DNA of 64,000 nt from an uncultured Gemmatimonadaceae bacterium (GTDB taxonomy: Bacteria > Gemmatimonadota > Gemmatimonadetes > Gemmatimonadales > Gemmatimonadaceae). A program made the translations under genes and the position numbers. The DNA lies in the NCBI GenBank assembly GCA_963817955.1, contig CAWFQK010000002.1, positions 768,001 to 832,000 on the forward strand, written 5' to 3'. Shown here one piece after another: positions 21,444 to 31,465 of the stretch (positions within the stretch are counted from its first letter, which is position 1; every line of letters starts with the position of its first letter). The notes under the pieces are model-generated. The model did not search any database and was not told the origin of the DNA. It saw nothing but the letters and a program-made list of their open reading frames with translations.

Positions 21444-22865
21444 ATGGCTTCCTTTGACGTGATCTTCATCGGCGGCGGCCCCGCCGGATACGTCGGCGCG
21501 ATCCGCTGCGCCCAGCTCGGGCTGTCCACCGCTGTCGTCGAACGTGAAGCGCTCGGCGGTACCTGCGTCATCTGGGGCTGCATTCCGGCCAAGGCCCTGC
21601 TCGAGGCCGCATCCATTGCCAACCGCGTCAAGCACGCAGCCGACTTCGGCGTGAACGTCGGCGAGGTGAAGACCGACTATGGCGTCGCCATGAAACGGTC
21701 CCGCGCCGTCAGTAATCAGAACTCCAAAGGCGTGGAATTCCTCTTCAAGAAGAACAAGATCACCTACATCAAGGGGACGGCAAAGCTGATCCCTGCGACG
21801 CCTGGTAAGACCGCGACGAGCGTCACCGTCCGCCTGGCGGATGGCAAAGAGGAGACACATGACGCCAAGAAAGCCGTCGTGATCGCTACTGGTTCCCGGG
21901 TTCGCGGTTTGCCGCAGGTCGGACTCGAGCTGAACAAGACGACGATCATCTCCTCTGACGAAGCGCTGGTGCTCGAGAAGGCCCCGACGTCGATAGCCAT
22001 CGTCGGTGCCGGCGCCGTGGGCTGCGAGTTCGCCGACGTGTTCAACGCCTTCGGCTCGCAGGTGACGCTCATCGATGTCATGCCGAACGTGCTGCCGCTC
22101 GAGGATATCGACGCGTCCAAGGAAGTGGAGCGCGCGTTCAAAAAGCGCGGCATCACCATCGTGACCGGCGCCAAGATCTCCAACGTCAAGGCGGCCAAGG
22201 ATTCCGTCGCCATGACCATCGAGTCCGGCGGCGAGAAGAAGGACGTCAAGGTGGATGTGGTGCTCGTTGCCGCCGGCCGCGCACCCAACATCGAGGAGAT
22301 CGCGCTCAAGGAGCAGGGCGTGCAGCTCACCGATCGCGGTTTCGTGAAGATCAACGAACGTATGGAGACGACGGCAAAAGGTATCTACGCCGTCGGCGAC
22401 GTCGCCGGCCCGCCAATGCTCGCCCACAAGGCCGAGCACGAGGCCATCGTCCTGGCCGAGTTGCTCGCCGGCAAGGCTGGGCATGGGATGAACTACAACA
22501 ACATCCCGAATGCAACGTACTGCCACCCGGAGGTCGCGTCGATCGGCATGACCGAGCAGCAGTGCAAGGACAAGAAGCTCGAGTACAAGGTCGGCAAGTT
22601 CCCCTTCTCGGCCAACGGCCGTGCCCGCACTTCGGGTGAAACCGAGGGTTTCGTCAAGATCATCCGCGACGCGAAATACGGCGAGATCCTCGGTGCGCAC
22701 ATCGTAGGCGCGCACGCGACGGAACTGATCCACGAGCTCGTCGTCGCCCGCGCCAATGAATTCACGGTCGAGGAGGTGGATCTGGCGATCCACGCGCACC
22801 CCACACTCGCCGAGGCGATCGCAGAAGCGGCGCTGGATTCAATGGGGAAGATGATCCACGCGTGA
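21444..22865 (+). CDS. lpdA: Dihydrolipoyl dehydrogenase E3
   Basis: GGGPAGY, GGTCVIWGCIP redox disulfide, HAHPTLAE. Confidence 0.96.
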   Translation: MASFDVIFIGGGPAGYVGAIRCAQLGLSTAVVEREALGGTCVIWGCIPAKALLEAASIANRVKHAADFGVNVGEVKTDYGVAMKRSRAVSNQNSKGVEFLFKKNKITYIKGTAKLIPATPGKTATSVTVRLADGKEETHDAKKAVVIATGSRVRGLPQVGLELNKTTIISSDEALVLEKAPTSIAIVGAGAVGCEFADVFNAFGSQVTLIDVMPNVLPLEDIDASKEVERAFKKRGITIVTGAKISNVKAAKDSVAMTIESGGEKKDVKVDVVLVAAGRAPNIEEIALKEQGVQLTDRGFVKINERMETTAKGIYAVGDVAGPPMLAHKAEHEAIVLAELLAGKAGHGMNYNNIPNATYCHPEVASIGMTEQQCKDKKLEYKVGKFPFSANGRARTSGETEGFVKIIRDAKYGEILGAHIVGAHATELIHELVVARANEFTVEEVDLAIHAHPTLAEAIAEAALDSMGKMIHA

Positions 22866-22867
22866 GT

Positions 22868-22930
22868 GGGATACGGGACACGGGACACGGGACACGGGAC
22901 AACGGGACAACGGGACAACGGGACAACGGG
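22868..22930 (+). repeat. Tandem GGGACAC/GGGACAAC array with 9 GGG tracts
   Basis: GGGATAC, (GGGACAC)x3, (GGGACAAC)x4, GGG; begins 3 nt after the lpdA stop. Confidence 0.95.
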
Positions 22931-22971
22931 ATGCCTGTCATCCTGAGCGAAGCGAAGGATCTCTGTGACCG
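22929..22971 (+). repeat. Single REP-like palindromic unit (TGTCATCCTGAGCG..GAAGGATC family)
   Basis: 42/43 identical to 38721-38763. Confidence 0.9.
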
Positions 22972-23636
22972 GTGAGCTGTGGGTCAATCGCCTCGGCATC
23001 ATGCCCTACGCCCAGGCGCTGGATCTTCAGCGGGAGACAGCGCGGGCCCGAATATCGGGCGAAATACCAGAAGACGTCCTGTTGCTGGTGGAGCATCCCC
23101 CCGTGGTCACCATGGGCCGATCGGCCAAGCAGCAGCATCTGCTCGCCTCGCCGGAGTTGCTCGCGGCGCGTGGAGTAGAGTTGTTCGACGTCGAGCGCGG
23201 CGGCGACGTGACTTTCCATGGCCCGGGTCAGCTGGTCGGCTACCCGATCATCGATCTCAAGCGGCACAAGCAGGACCTGCACTGGTACCTCAGGCAGGTC
23301 GAGCAAGCCCTCATCCTTGCGCTGGGCCACGTCGGTATTCCCGCCGGTCGGAGTGCAGGCTACACGGGCGTGTGGACCCAAGACGGGGCACGCAAGATCG
23401 CCTCGATCGGCGTACACGCACGTGATTGGGTCACCTGGCACGGGTTTGCCCTCAACATCTCCACCGATCTACGCTATTTCGACCTCATCGTGCCCTGTGG
23501 CATCGACCAGGTAAGCATGACGTCAGTGGACCGTGAGCGTGGCGACAAGACCGTCACCTTAGAGCGCATGTCAGACCTCGTGGCCCAGACGTTCGGCGAG
23601 GTGTTCACGCTCTCGCCGCGCGAAACTATGAGCTAG
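22965..23636 (+). CDS. lipB: Lipoyl(octanoyl) transferase
   Basis: EHPPVVTMGR, RGGDVTFHGPGQLVGY, KIASIG, HGFALN, IVPCGI. Confidence 0.96.
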   Translation: MTGELWVNRLGIMPYAQALDLQRETARARISGEIPEDVLLLVEHPPVVTMGRSAKQQHLLASPELLAARGVELFDVERGGDVTFHGPGQLVGYPIIDLKRHKQDLHWYLRQVEQALILALGHVGIPAGRSAGYTGVWTQDGARKIASIGVHARDWVTWHGFALNISTDLRYFDLIVPCGIDQVSMTSVDRERGDKTVTLERMSDLVAQTFGEVFTLSPRETMS

Positions 23637-23721
23637 CGGGCGATCCTTTCAACATCGCGCGACCATAACGCTCCGCGGAATCCCGTATGGACCGAAGGTG
23701 CCCCGAAGCTATATTGCCCCC

Positions 23722-25827
23722 ATGCCGGATTCAGCTCCTCCGCCGTCCCCGCCCGTCATCTATCCGGCGCGCGATCGTACCGTTGCCAGCCCCCCGCGCG
23801 ACCTCGCCGCGGAGCTCAACGCCGAGCAGGGCGCCGCAGCCACGCACGGCGATGGCCCGCTGCTCATCATCGCCGGCGCCGGCACCGGCAAGACGCGGAC
23901 GCTCGTCTATCGAGTGGCCTACCTCATTGATAAAGGTGTTCCCCCAGAGCGCATCCTCCTGCTGACGTTTACTCGGCGCGCTGCCCACGAAATGCTGAGT
24001 CGCGCCGAGCGGCTGGTTGGGTCGGCCTCGACGCGCGTCCAGGGCGGCACCTTTCACGCGACGGGCCACAAACTGCTCCGACAATTCGGACCCGAAGCGG
24101 GCCTGCCACGCGATTTCTCCATCATGGATCAGGGCGACGCCGAGGACCTCATGCAGCTCGCCCGAGCCAACCTCGGCTACGGCAAGCAGGAGAAACGCTT
24201 CCCGAAAAAGGAATCGTTGCACTACGTCTATTCCAGATTTCTCAACACGGACCGGCCGGTCGAGCAGATCCTCGAGCAGGAATACCCGCAGTTCGTCCAG
24301 TTCGCCACGGAGATCACGAGGATCTTCGCCGAGTACACCAGCCGGAAGTCGGAACGCAATCTCGTCGATTACGACGACCTGCTCCTCTTCTGGGCGCTGA
24401 TGCTCGAGCAGGCGCCGTCGCTCGCCGACCGGATCACGGGGCAGTACGACCATCTGCTCGTGGACGAATACCAGGACACGAACCTGCTCCAGGCGCGCAT
24501 TCTCCGCGGCATGTGCCGGCGCCACCACAACATCAGCGTGGTCGGCGACGACGCGCAGAGCATCTACTCGTTCCGCGGCGCGAACTTCCGGAACATCCTG
24601 GATTTCCCAAAGCAGTTCGCCGACACGAAGATCGTGGCGCTCGAGCAGAACTACCGCTCCACGCAGCCGATCCTCGACGTCACCAACACGCTGATCTCCC
24701 GCGCACTCGAACGCTTCACCAAGAGCCTCTGGACCGTACGCGGTGGCTCCGAGGCGCCCTGGCTCGTGACCACACGCGACGAGCAGCAGCAGACACGCTT
24801 CGTGGTCGACCGGATTCTCGAGCTACACGAAGAGGGCACACCGCTCAAGGAGATCGCCGTGCTCGTGCGCGCCGGCTACATGTCGGCCGACCTCGAGATC
24901 GAGCTCACCAACCGCAACATCCCGTTCGAGAAGTGGGGCGGACTGAAATTCCTCGAGGCGGCGCACGTGAAAGACGTGCTGGCCTTTCTGCGTGTGCTCG
25001 AGAACCCGCGCGACGAGGTGAGCTGGTATCGCATCCTCCTGCTCATGCCGGGAATAGGCGACGTCACCGCCCGTGCGATGATGAACACCATGGCCGAACG
25101 CTCGTGGGATCCGGACGCGTTCTCGCAATTCGTGCCTCCGCCCCGCGCGCGCGACGCCCATCGCGACCTCGCCGCGCTCCTCCGACGCCTGCGCGGCGTC
25201 CGCAGCGAAGAGGCCAGCGTCGGCGAAGACATCGATGAAATTCGAGCGCTCTACGACGCCGTGCTCACCGAGCGCTACGACCGGTCCGAGCCACGCCTGG
25301 CCGACCTCGATCAGCTCCGCGTGATCGCGGCGGGCTACCCGAGCCGCTCAGCGTTTCTCGCCGCGCTCGCGCTTGAGCCACCGTCGAATACGCAGGACCT
25401 CGCCGGAGGGTCCGAGTCGGATGACGACGCGCTCGTCATCAGCACCGTTCACAGCGCCAAGGGCAAGGAATGGGACGCGGTGTTCGTGATCTGGGCGGTG
25501 GACGGCTTCTTTCCATCGTCGCGTTCCATGCAGGACGAGGATCAGCTCGAGGAGGAACGCCGCCTCATGTACGTGGCGATGACGCGGGCGCGGAATCATC
25601 TCGCGGTGACCTACCCGCTCAATGTGTACGCCACCCGCCGCGGCTCGGATTATTCCATCGATCAGCTTTCCCGGTTCATCGATCGCGGCGTCCGCGAGAA
25701 GATGCAGCGCGTGGTGCCGCAGGAAGCCGCAGCGCCGGCACCGGCCGAAGAACAGTTGCCAGAGCCGCTCGGGCCGGCAATCGATCTGCGGGCGTTGCTC
25801 AGGGGACGGTTTGGAGGTGGGGCATAG
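23722..25827 (+). CDS. ATP-dependent DNA helicase, UvrD/Rep family
   Basis: AGAGTGKT, DEYQDTN, GDDAQSIYSFRGA, QNYRS, TVHSAKGKEW, EERRLMYVAMTRA. Confidence 0.93.
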   Translation: MPDSAPPPSPPVIYPARDRTVASPPRDLAAELNAEQGAAATHGDGPLLIIAGAGTGKTRTLVYRVAYLIDKGVPPERILLLTFTRRAAHEMLSRAERLVGSASTRVQGGTFHATGHKLLRQFGPEAGLPRDFSIMDQGDAEDLMQLARANLGYGKQEKRFPKKESLHYVYSRFLNTDRPVEQILEQEYPQFVQFATEITRIFAEYTSRKSERNLVDYDDLLLFWALMLEQAPSLADRITGQYDHLLVDEYQDTNLLQARILRGMCRRHHNISVVGDDAQSIYSFRGANFRNILDFPKQFADTKIVALEQNYRSTQPILDVTNTLISRALERFTKSLWTVRGGSEAPWLVTTRDEQQQTRFVVDRILELHEEGTPLKEIAVLVRAGYMSADLEIELTNRNIPFEKWGGLKFLEAAHVKDVLAFLRVLENPRDEVSWYRILLLMPGIGDVTARAMMNTMAERSWDPDAFSQFVPPPRARDAHRDLAALLRRLRGVRSEEASVGEDIDEIRALYDAVLTERYDRSEPRLADLDQLRVIAAGYPSRSAFLAALALEPPSNTQDLAGGSESDDDALVISTVHSAKGKEWDAVFVIWAVDGFFPSSRSMQDEDQLEEERRLMYVAMTRARNHLAVTYPLNVYATRRGSDYSIDQLSRFIDRGVREKMQRVVPQEAAAPAPAEEQLPEPLGPAIDLRALLRGRFGGGA

Positions 25828-25841
25828 CGGTCGAAGTTTGG

Positions 25842-26936
25842 CTACGGCCTCGCCGCAGTCACCCAATCTTTGATTGCCCCGAACGGATCCTTCGGCCGTC
25901 CTTTCGCCAGCTCGATGATCTTCACCACGCTCGCGCGCAGGTTGCCATGCTCCTTCACCCATAGCTCATCGAATAGATCGAGGTCGGTCGCATAGATGCG
26001 ACGCGCCAGCAACGCCGCGTTGTCCAACCGCATGTGCTCGAGCGCGCGCGGACCAATGGTACGAAGCTGTGGACCGAGCACCTCCACGAGCTCCTGCCGC
26101 GCGCGGGAATAGATCGTATCGCGCGCCACGAGGCGTGCCGTGGAGTCCGACGGGTGGGCTTTGAACGCCGAGTCGACGCTGTAATACAGACGTCCCCAGA
26201 AGCGGGCCATGAGCTTGTCGTCCGACCATCGTGCGTCGGCTTCGTCGGCCGCAACTGGGGATCCGCGCGTGCGGAAGAACCAGGCCGATCCCCGCGCGCC
26301 CACAAAACTGGCGAATGACTCGTTGAATACCGCCTGCCCCGACGCGTAGAACGTGTTGTGCGTCAGCTCGTGAATCACCGTGTTCGCCAGATCGATCGAA
26401 TCGGCGGCGAGTGACGTGGAGAGCAAGGGATCGTTGAACCAGCCTAGCGTGCTGAATGCCGGCGACGGACGGAGGTAGACGTCGAACCCCGCGGCGTCCA
26501 GATCCTTAGCCGCCCGCTTCGCCAGCGCAAAATCGAAATAGCCCTTGTACGGCACCCAGCCGACGATCGGAAACCACCAGGTGTAGGGCACGAGCCTGTC
26601 CCGGTATGCGGCGGACAGCACCAGGACCAACGTGTCCCGATCGAGCTGGCTATATGTCGTAAAGCTCTTCCTCGTCTTGAGGCCCACCGAGTCCGCGGCG
26701 AATGCCCGAGCCGCGAGCACCAGCCGCAACTTGGCGGCGACACGCGGCTTCGTTGCCAAATCCCCAATCATCGCCTCGATCGGGCGGCGCTTGGCGAGAA
26801 TACGCCCCTCCGCCCAGGCCGCCCGCAGCAGGTAGCGGCCGGTGGGTGCGAGAACGAGATAGGCAATCACGATTACGGCGAGCCCACCGAGGGCTCGCCG
26901 TACCCAGCGCCATTTAATGCGTTGATACCAAAACAC
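25842..26936 (-). CDS. Putative zinc aminopeptidase
   Basis: WWFPIVGWVPYKGYF, AFSTLGWFNDP, HELTH, FNESFA. Confidence 0.8.
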   Translation of the reverse strand: MFWYQRIKWRWVRRALGGLAVIVIAYLVLAPTGRYLLRAAWAEGRILAKRRPIEAMIGDLATKPRVAAKLRLVLAARAFAADSVGLKTRKSFTTYSQLDRDTLVLVLSAAYRDRLVPYTWWFPIVGWVPYKGYFDFALAKRAAKDLDAAGFDVYLRPSPAFSTLGWFNDPLLSTSLAADSIDLANTVIHELTHNTFYASGQAVFNESFASFVGARGSAWFFRTRGSPVAADEADARWSDDKLMARFWGRLYYSVDSAFKAHPSDSTARLVARDTIYSRARQELVEVLGPQLRTIGPRALEHMRLDNAALLARRIYATDLDLFDELWVKEHGNLRASVVKIIELAKGRPKDPFGAIKDWVTAARP

Positions 26937-26966
26937 TTACAGTATTCGTCCGCGTCCGGGTTTCTT

Positions 26967-26996
26967 TTGACACCGTTGGGGCCGGGCCACTATGTT
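26967..26996 (+). promoter_or_regulatory. Sigma-70 promoter of dnaE
   Basis: TTGACA-18 nt-TATGTT, ending 8 nt before the ATG at 27005. Confidence 0.55.
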
Positions 26997-27004
26997 CAAC
27001 CAAG

Positions 27005-30000
27005 ATGTCCTTCGTCCACCTGCATTGCCACTCGGAGTACTCACTCCTCGACGGCGCCAACCGGATCGACGACCTGATCCGCCGTGCCCAGGAGTTCGAG
27101 CAACCCGCCCTGGCAATCACCGACCACGGTAACCTTCACGCCGCCTGGGAGTTCCAGGAAAAGGCCAAGAAGGCGAAAGTGAAACCGATCATCGGGATGG
27201 AGGCGTACGTCGCCCCCGGTGACCGACGGGCTCGTACACGTCCCGCTCCAGGTGCTAAAGCGTACTACCACCTGGTATTGCTCGCCCGCGACATGGTGGG
27301 CTACAAGAATCTCGTCAAGCTCTCCTCGCTTGCCTATACCGAGGGCTTCTACTCAAAGCCGCGCGTCGACCGCGAGCTGCTCGCCCAATACGGCGAAGGA
27401 CTCATCGTTTCATCTGCCTGCCTGGCCGGCGAAGTCGCCCAGCATTTGATGGCCGAACGGGTCGATGAAGCGCGTGAGGTTGCGGCATGGTACGCCGAGC
27501 TGTTCAAGGGCCGGTACTACCTCGAGGTGCAGGCACACGAATCCCAGGGCCAAGCCAAGCTCAATCAGCGGATCTTTGCGCTCGCCGAGGAGCTCGGATT
27601 GCCCGTGATCGCGACGAACGATGCGCATTTTCTGCGCAGCGAGGATCACGACTCGCACGACGTTCTCCTCTGCATCGGCCTCGGCAAGGACCGGAGCGAC
27701 GCAGACCGCATGAAGTACGACCGCGGCTTGTACTTCAAGAGCGCGCCGGAGATCGCGAACCATTTCAAGTCGCGTCCCGACGTACTCGAGACCACGCTCA
27801 AGATCGCCGACGAGATTTCCGTCGAATTCGGCAAGACGTACCACGTGCCGGCCTTCCCGCTGCCACCCGGTGTGCCGAGCGAGAATGAGCTGCTGATGCG
27901 GATGGCGACGGCGGGCGCCAAGGAGCGCTACGGTGATCCGCTGTCCGCCCAGGTGCAGGAACGGCTCGATTATGAGCTCGGCGTCATCACCAAGACGGGA
28001 TACGCCGGCTACTTCCTCATCGTCTCCGATTTCATCAAGGCGGCGCGCGACCGCGGCATTCCAGTCGGACCGGGCCGCGGTTCGGCGGCAGGCTCGCTCG
28101 TGGCGTACGCGCTCAAGATCACGAACGTCTGCCCGCTCACGTACGATCTCCTGTTCGAGCGCTTTCTGAATCCGGAACGCGTCTCCATGCCGGACGTCGA
28201 CGTGGACTTCTGCTTCGAGCGGCGTGGCGAAGTGATCGAATACGTGCGGCAGAAGTACGGCAGGCAATCCGTCTGTCAGATCGTGACGTTCGGAACCATG
28301 AAGTCGCGGGCCGCGGTGAAGGACGTAGGCCGCACGCTCGGCTTCACGCCGGCGGAAACCGACGCGCTGGCCAAGCTCATCCCGAACGCGCCGAACTTTT
28401 CGCTCACCGTGAGCGAAGCCATCGAACAGGTGCCGGACGTCGGCAAGCTGTATCGAACGGATGAGCGCTACCGGCAGCTGTTGGACTACGCAAAAGCGCT
28501 CGAGGGCCTGTCGCGTCATACGGGCGTACACGCCGCGGGGGTGGTGATCGCGCCAGGCCCGGTGGATGAGTACGTGCCAGTCTGCACGCAGTCATCGAAG
28601 GGCGCGGGCTCGAATGGCGAAGAGTCGGTGATCGTCAGCCAGTACGACATGAACTGTCTCGAGCATGCGGGAATGCTCAAGATGGACTTCCTGGGGCTGA
28701 CGACGCTCACCGTGATCCACGACGCCCTCGTCTCGATCGAACAACGGACGGGTGAGCGCATCGACATCGACGCGATTCCCCTCGACGACGAGAAGGTCTA
28801 TCAGATGCTGCGCGCCGGCCGCACCATCGGCGTGTTCCAGTTCGAGTCGGCGTTGGCCACGGACATCTTGCGCAGCATGCGATGCGATCGGTTCGACGAT
28901 CTCGTGGCGTCGAATGCGCTGATGCGCCCCGGGCCGCTCGACGCCGGCATGCATCGCGTCTATCAGCGGCGCAAGCGCGGCGAAGAGCCGGTGACGTACG
29001 CGCTGCCCGAGCTCGAGGCCATTCTCGAGTCGACGTACGGGGTCATCACCTATCAGGAGCAGGTGATGCGTATCGCGCAGGTGCTCGCCGGACTCTCGCT
29101 CGCCGAAGCCGACGTGCTCCGCAAAGCGGTCGGCAAGAAGGACGCGGAGCTCATCCGGAAGGAGCTGGGCAAGTTCACCGAGAAGTCGGTGGCCCGCGGG
29201 TACAACCGCAAGATCATCGAGGAGCTCGCGGGGCAGATCGAGACGTTCGGCCGCTACGGGTTCAACAAGTCCCACGCGGTGGCGTACTCGGTCATCTCGT
29301 ATCAGACCGCCTGGCTCAAGGCGCACCATCCCGCCGATTTCATCGCGGCGTTGCTGTCGTCGTCGATCGGCGATACAGACAACGTGGTCAAGTTCATCAA
29401 CGAAGCGCGCGAAATCGGCATCGAAGTGCTGGCCCCCGATGTGAACGAGTCCGGCTACAAGTTCACGGTGATCGGCGAGAAGAAGATTCGCTTCGGCCTC
29501 GGCGCCATCCGCAACGTCGGTCGTTCGGCGATCGATTCGATTCTCTCGGCGCGGCGCGAGCGGCCGTTCTCGTCGTTCTATGATCTCTGCGAACACATCG
29601 ACCTGCGCGTCTGCAACAAGCGCGTCTTCGAGGCATTGATCGCCTCGGGGGCGCTCGACAATCTCGGTGGCCATCGCGCGCAGTTCTTCGCCGTGCTCGA
29701 CTCCGCGCTGCAGGAGGCGTCGCTCAAGCAGCAGGAAGCGGCAGTGGGTCAATTTTCGTTGCTCGGCGGCGACGACGCCGCCCCCGGCGCCCAGGCACCG
29801 CGCATCCTGCCCAACCTGCCGGAGATGAACGAGTCGGAGCGGTTGACGAAGGAAAAGGAGATCCTCGGCTTCTATATCTCCGGTCATCCGCTCGAGCCGT
29901 TCCGGCTGGAGTGCGAGCTGTTTGCCAGCCATACCGTGTCCCAACTCGGCAAGTGGACGGATCAGGCTGTGTCGCTCGGCGTGGTGGTGACGGCGATCAA

Positions 30001-30493
30001 GCGTCAGACCAGCAAACGGTCGGGCGCAGAGTTCGCACGGTTGACAGTTGAGGATTTTTCGGGATCTTCCGAAGTTCTGGTCTTCCCCGAAGCCTGGACG
30101 ATGTTGGGGGATCGGGTGAAGACGGATGTCCCTGTCTTGTTGAAGGGCAGCTATTCGCGGCGCGATCAGGACGTGGAGAGCCCGACGTTCATCGTCGAGT
30201 CACTCACGCCTTTCGTGGAAATGCGGCTCACGGGACAGGTAGCGGTCGCAATCGACTTGACGTCGGGCGCGCCGCTCTCGCCCGACGTGATGCTGGATGT
30301 ACGCGCAGTAGTCGAGACGCACGCCACGGCGCAGTCGTCGTCGCCGCTGCTCGAAGTGCAGTGGAGTGATGGAAACGGCGCGCGCGCCCGCTTGCGGTCG
30401 CGTTCGTTGAGAATTGCGGCTTCACAGGCCGCCTTAACGGATCTGCGTGCGCTGCTCGGCGCGGATCGTGTTCGTCTCGTTCGCGGGAGCTGA
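27005..30493 (+). CDS. dnaE: DNA polymerase III alpha subunit
   Basis: [18 protein letters not shown] domain, [32 protein letters not shown]. Confidence 0.97.
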   Translation: MSFVHLHCHSEYSLLDGANRIDDLIRRAQEFEQPALAITDHGNLHAAWEFQEKAKKAKVKPIIGMEAYVAPGDRRARTRPAPGAKAYYHLVLLARDMVGYKNLVKLSSLAYTEGFYSKPRVDRELLAQYGEGLIVSSACLAGEVAQHLMAERVDEAREVAAWYAELFKGRYYLEVQAHESQGQAKLNQRIFALAEELGLPVIATNDAHFLRSEDHDSHDVLLCIGLGKDRSDADRMKYDRGLYFKSAPEIANHFKSRPDVLETTLKIADEISVEFGKTYHVPAFPLPPGVPSENELLMRMATAGAKERYGDPLSAQVQERLDYELGVITKTGYAGYFLIVSDFIKAARDRGIPVGPGRGSAAGSLVAYALKITNVCPLTYDLLFERFLNPERVSMPDVDVDFCFERRGEVIEYVRQKYGRQSVCQIVTFGTMKSRAAVKDVGRTLGFTPAETDALAKLIPNAPNFSLTVSEAIEQVPDVGKLYRTDERYRQLLDYAKALEGLSRHTGVHAAGVVIAPGPVDEYVPVCTQSSKGAGSNGEESVIVSQYDMNCLEHAGMLKMDFLGLTTLTVIHDALVSIEQRTGERIDIDAIPLDDEKVYQMLRAGRTIGVFQFESALATDILRSMRCDRFDDLVASNALMRPGPLDAGMHRVYQRRKRGEEPVTYALPELEAILESTYGVITYQEQVMRIAQVLAGLSLAEADVLRKAVGKKDAELIRKELGKFTEKSVARGYNRKIIEELAGQIETFGRYGFNKSHAVAYSVISYQTAWLKAHHPADFIAALLSSSIGDTDNVVKFINEAREIGIEVLAPDVNESGYKFTVIGEKKIRFGLGAIRNVGRSAIDSILSARRERPFSSFYDLCEHIDLRVCNKRVFEALIASGALDNLGGHRAQFFAVLDSALQEASLKQQEAAVGQFSLLGGDDAAPGAQAPRILPNLPEMNESERLTKEKEILGFYISGHPLEPFRLECELFASHTVSQLGKWTDQAVSLGVVVTAIKRQTSKRSGAEFARLTVEDFSGSSEVLVFPEAWTMLGDRVKTDVPVLLKGSYSRRDQDVESPTFIVESLTPFVEMRLTGQVAVAIDLTSGAPLSPDVMLDVRAVVETHATAQSSSPLLEVQWSDGNGARARLRSRSLRIAASQAALTDLRALLGADRVRLVRGS

Positions 30494-30494
30494 C

Positions 30495-31463
30495 GTGGGG
30501 ACGTCCGTAGCCATGGATTTCGAAAAGCCGATTCTCGAGCTGGAACGCCAGATCGAGGAGTTGAAGCGTCTGGCGGGCGGCCAACAGTTGGACGTCGAGA
30601 AGGAGATCGCGCCGCTGCAGAAGAAGCTCGCCGGCCTGCGCGAGGAGATTTACAGAAATCTCACGCCCTGGCAGCGCGTGCAGGTGGCGCGGAGCACCAA
30701 GCGCCCCTTCACGCTGGACTACATCCAGATGGCGTTCACCGACTTCATCGAGCTGCACGGCGATCGTGCGTTCCGTGAGGACGCGGCGATCGTCGGCGGA
30801 TGGGCGCGCCTGGATGGCGAGACCGTGATGGTCATTGGCCAGCAGCGCGGCCGCGACACGAAGGAGATCGTGCGGCGCAACTTCGGCATGCCGCATCCGG
30901 AGGGCTATCGCAAGGCGCTGCGACTGATGAAGCTCGCCGAGAAGTTCCATGTCCCGGTGCTCACGTTCATCGACACGATGGGCGCGTGGGCGGGGCTCGG
31001 TGCCGAGGAACGAGGCCAGTCGGAAGCGATCGCGCGGAATCTGTTCGAGATGAGCCGGCTCGAAGTGCCGATCATCGCCACCGTGATTGGCGAGGGTGGC
31101 TCCGGCGGCGCGCTCGCGCTCGGTGTCTCCGACCGCACGAACATGCTGGAGAATGCGATCTACTCGGTGATCACCGTCGAGGGCTGCGCGTCGATCCTGT
31201 GGAAGGACGGCAAGAGCCAGGAACTGCGCGAGAAGGCCGCGGCGGCACTACACATTACCGCGCAGGACCTCCTCGACCTGCGTGTCGTGGACGAGATCAT
31301 CCCCGAGCCGCCCGGCGGTGCCCACGCGAATCACGAAGGCACCGCAGCCGCCGTGCACGACACGCTGGTGAGGCAGATCGAGGACCTCCGCCGCTACAAG
31401 CCGGATAAGCTCGTGCGGCGGCGGCGGGATAAGTTTCTGAGAATGGGACAGTATCTCGAATAG
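30495..31463 (+). CDS. accA: Acetyl-CoA carboxylase carboxyltransferase alpha subunit
   Basis: [38 protein letters not shown] start with GGGAG (ATG at 30513 is the alternative). Confidence 0.96.
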   Translation: MGTSVAMDFEKPILELERQIEELKRLAGGQQLDVEKEIAPLQKKLAGLREEIYRNLTPWQRVQVARSTKRPFTLDYIQMAFTDFIELHGDRAFREDAAIVGGWARLDGETVMVIGQQRGRDTKEIVRRNFGMPHPEGYRKALRLMKLAEKFHVPVLTFIDTMGAWAGLGAEERGQSEAIARNLFEMSRLEVPIIATVIGEGGSGGALALGVSDRTNMLENAIYSVITVEGCASILWKDGKSQELREKAAAALHITAQDLLDLRVVDEIIPEPPGGAHANHEGTAAAVHDTLVRQIEDLRRYKPDKLVRRRRDKFLRMGQYLE

Positions 31464-31465
31464 AC

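Noticed and set aside
27005..30493. Intein or frameshift in dnaE
   Set aside because: Normal length with continuous motifs and no splicing signatures
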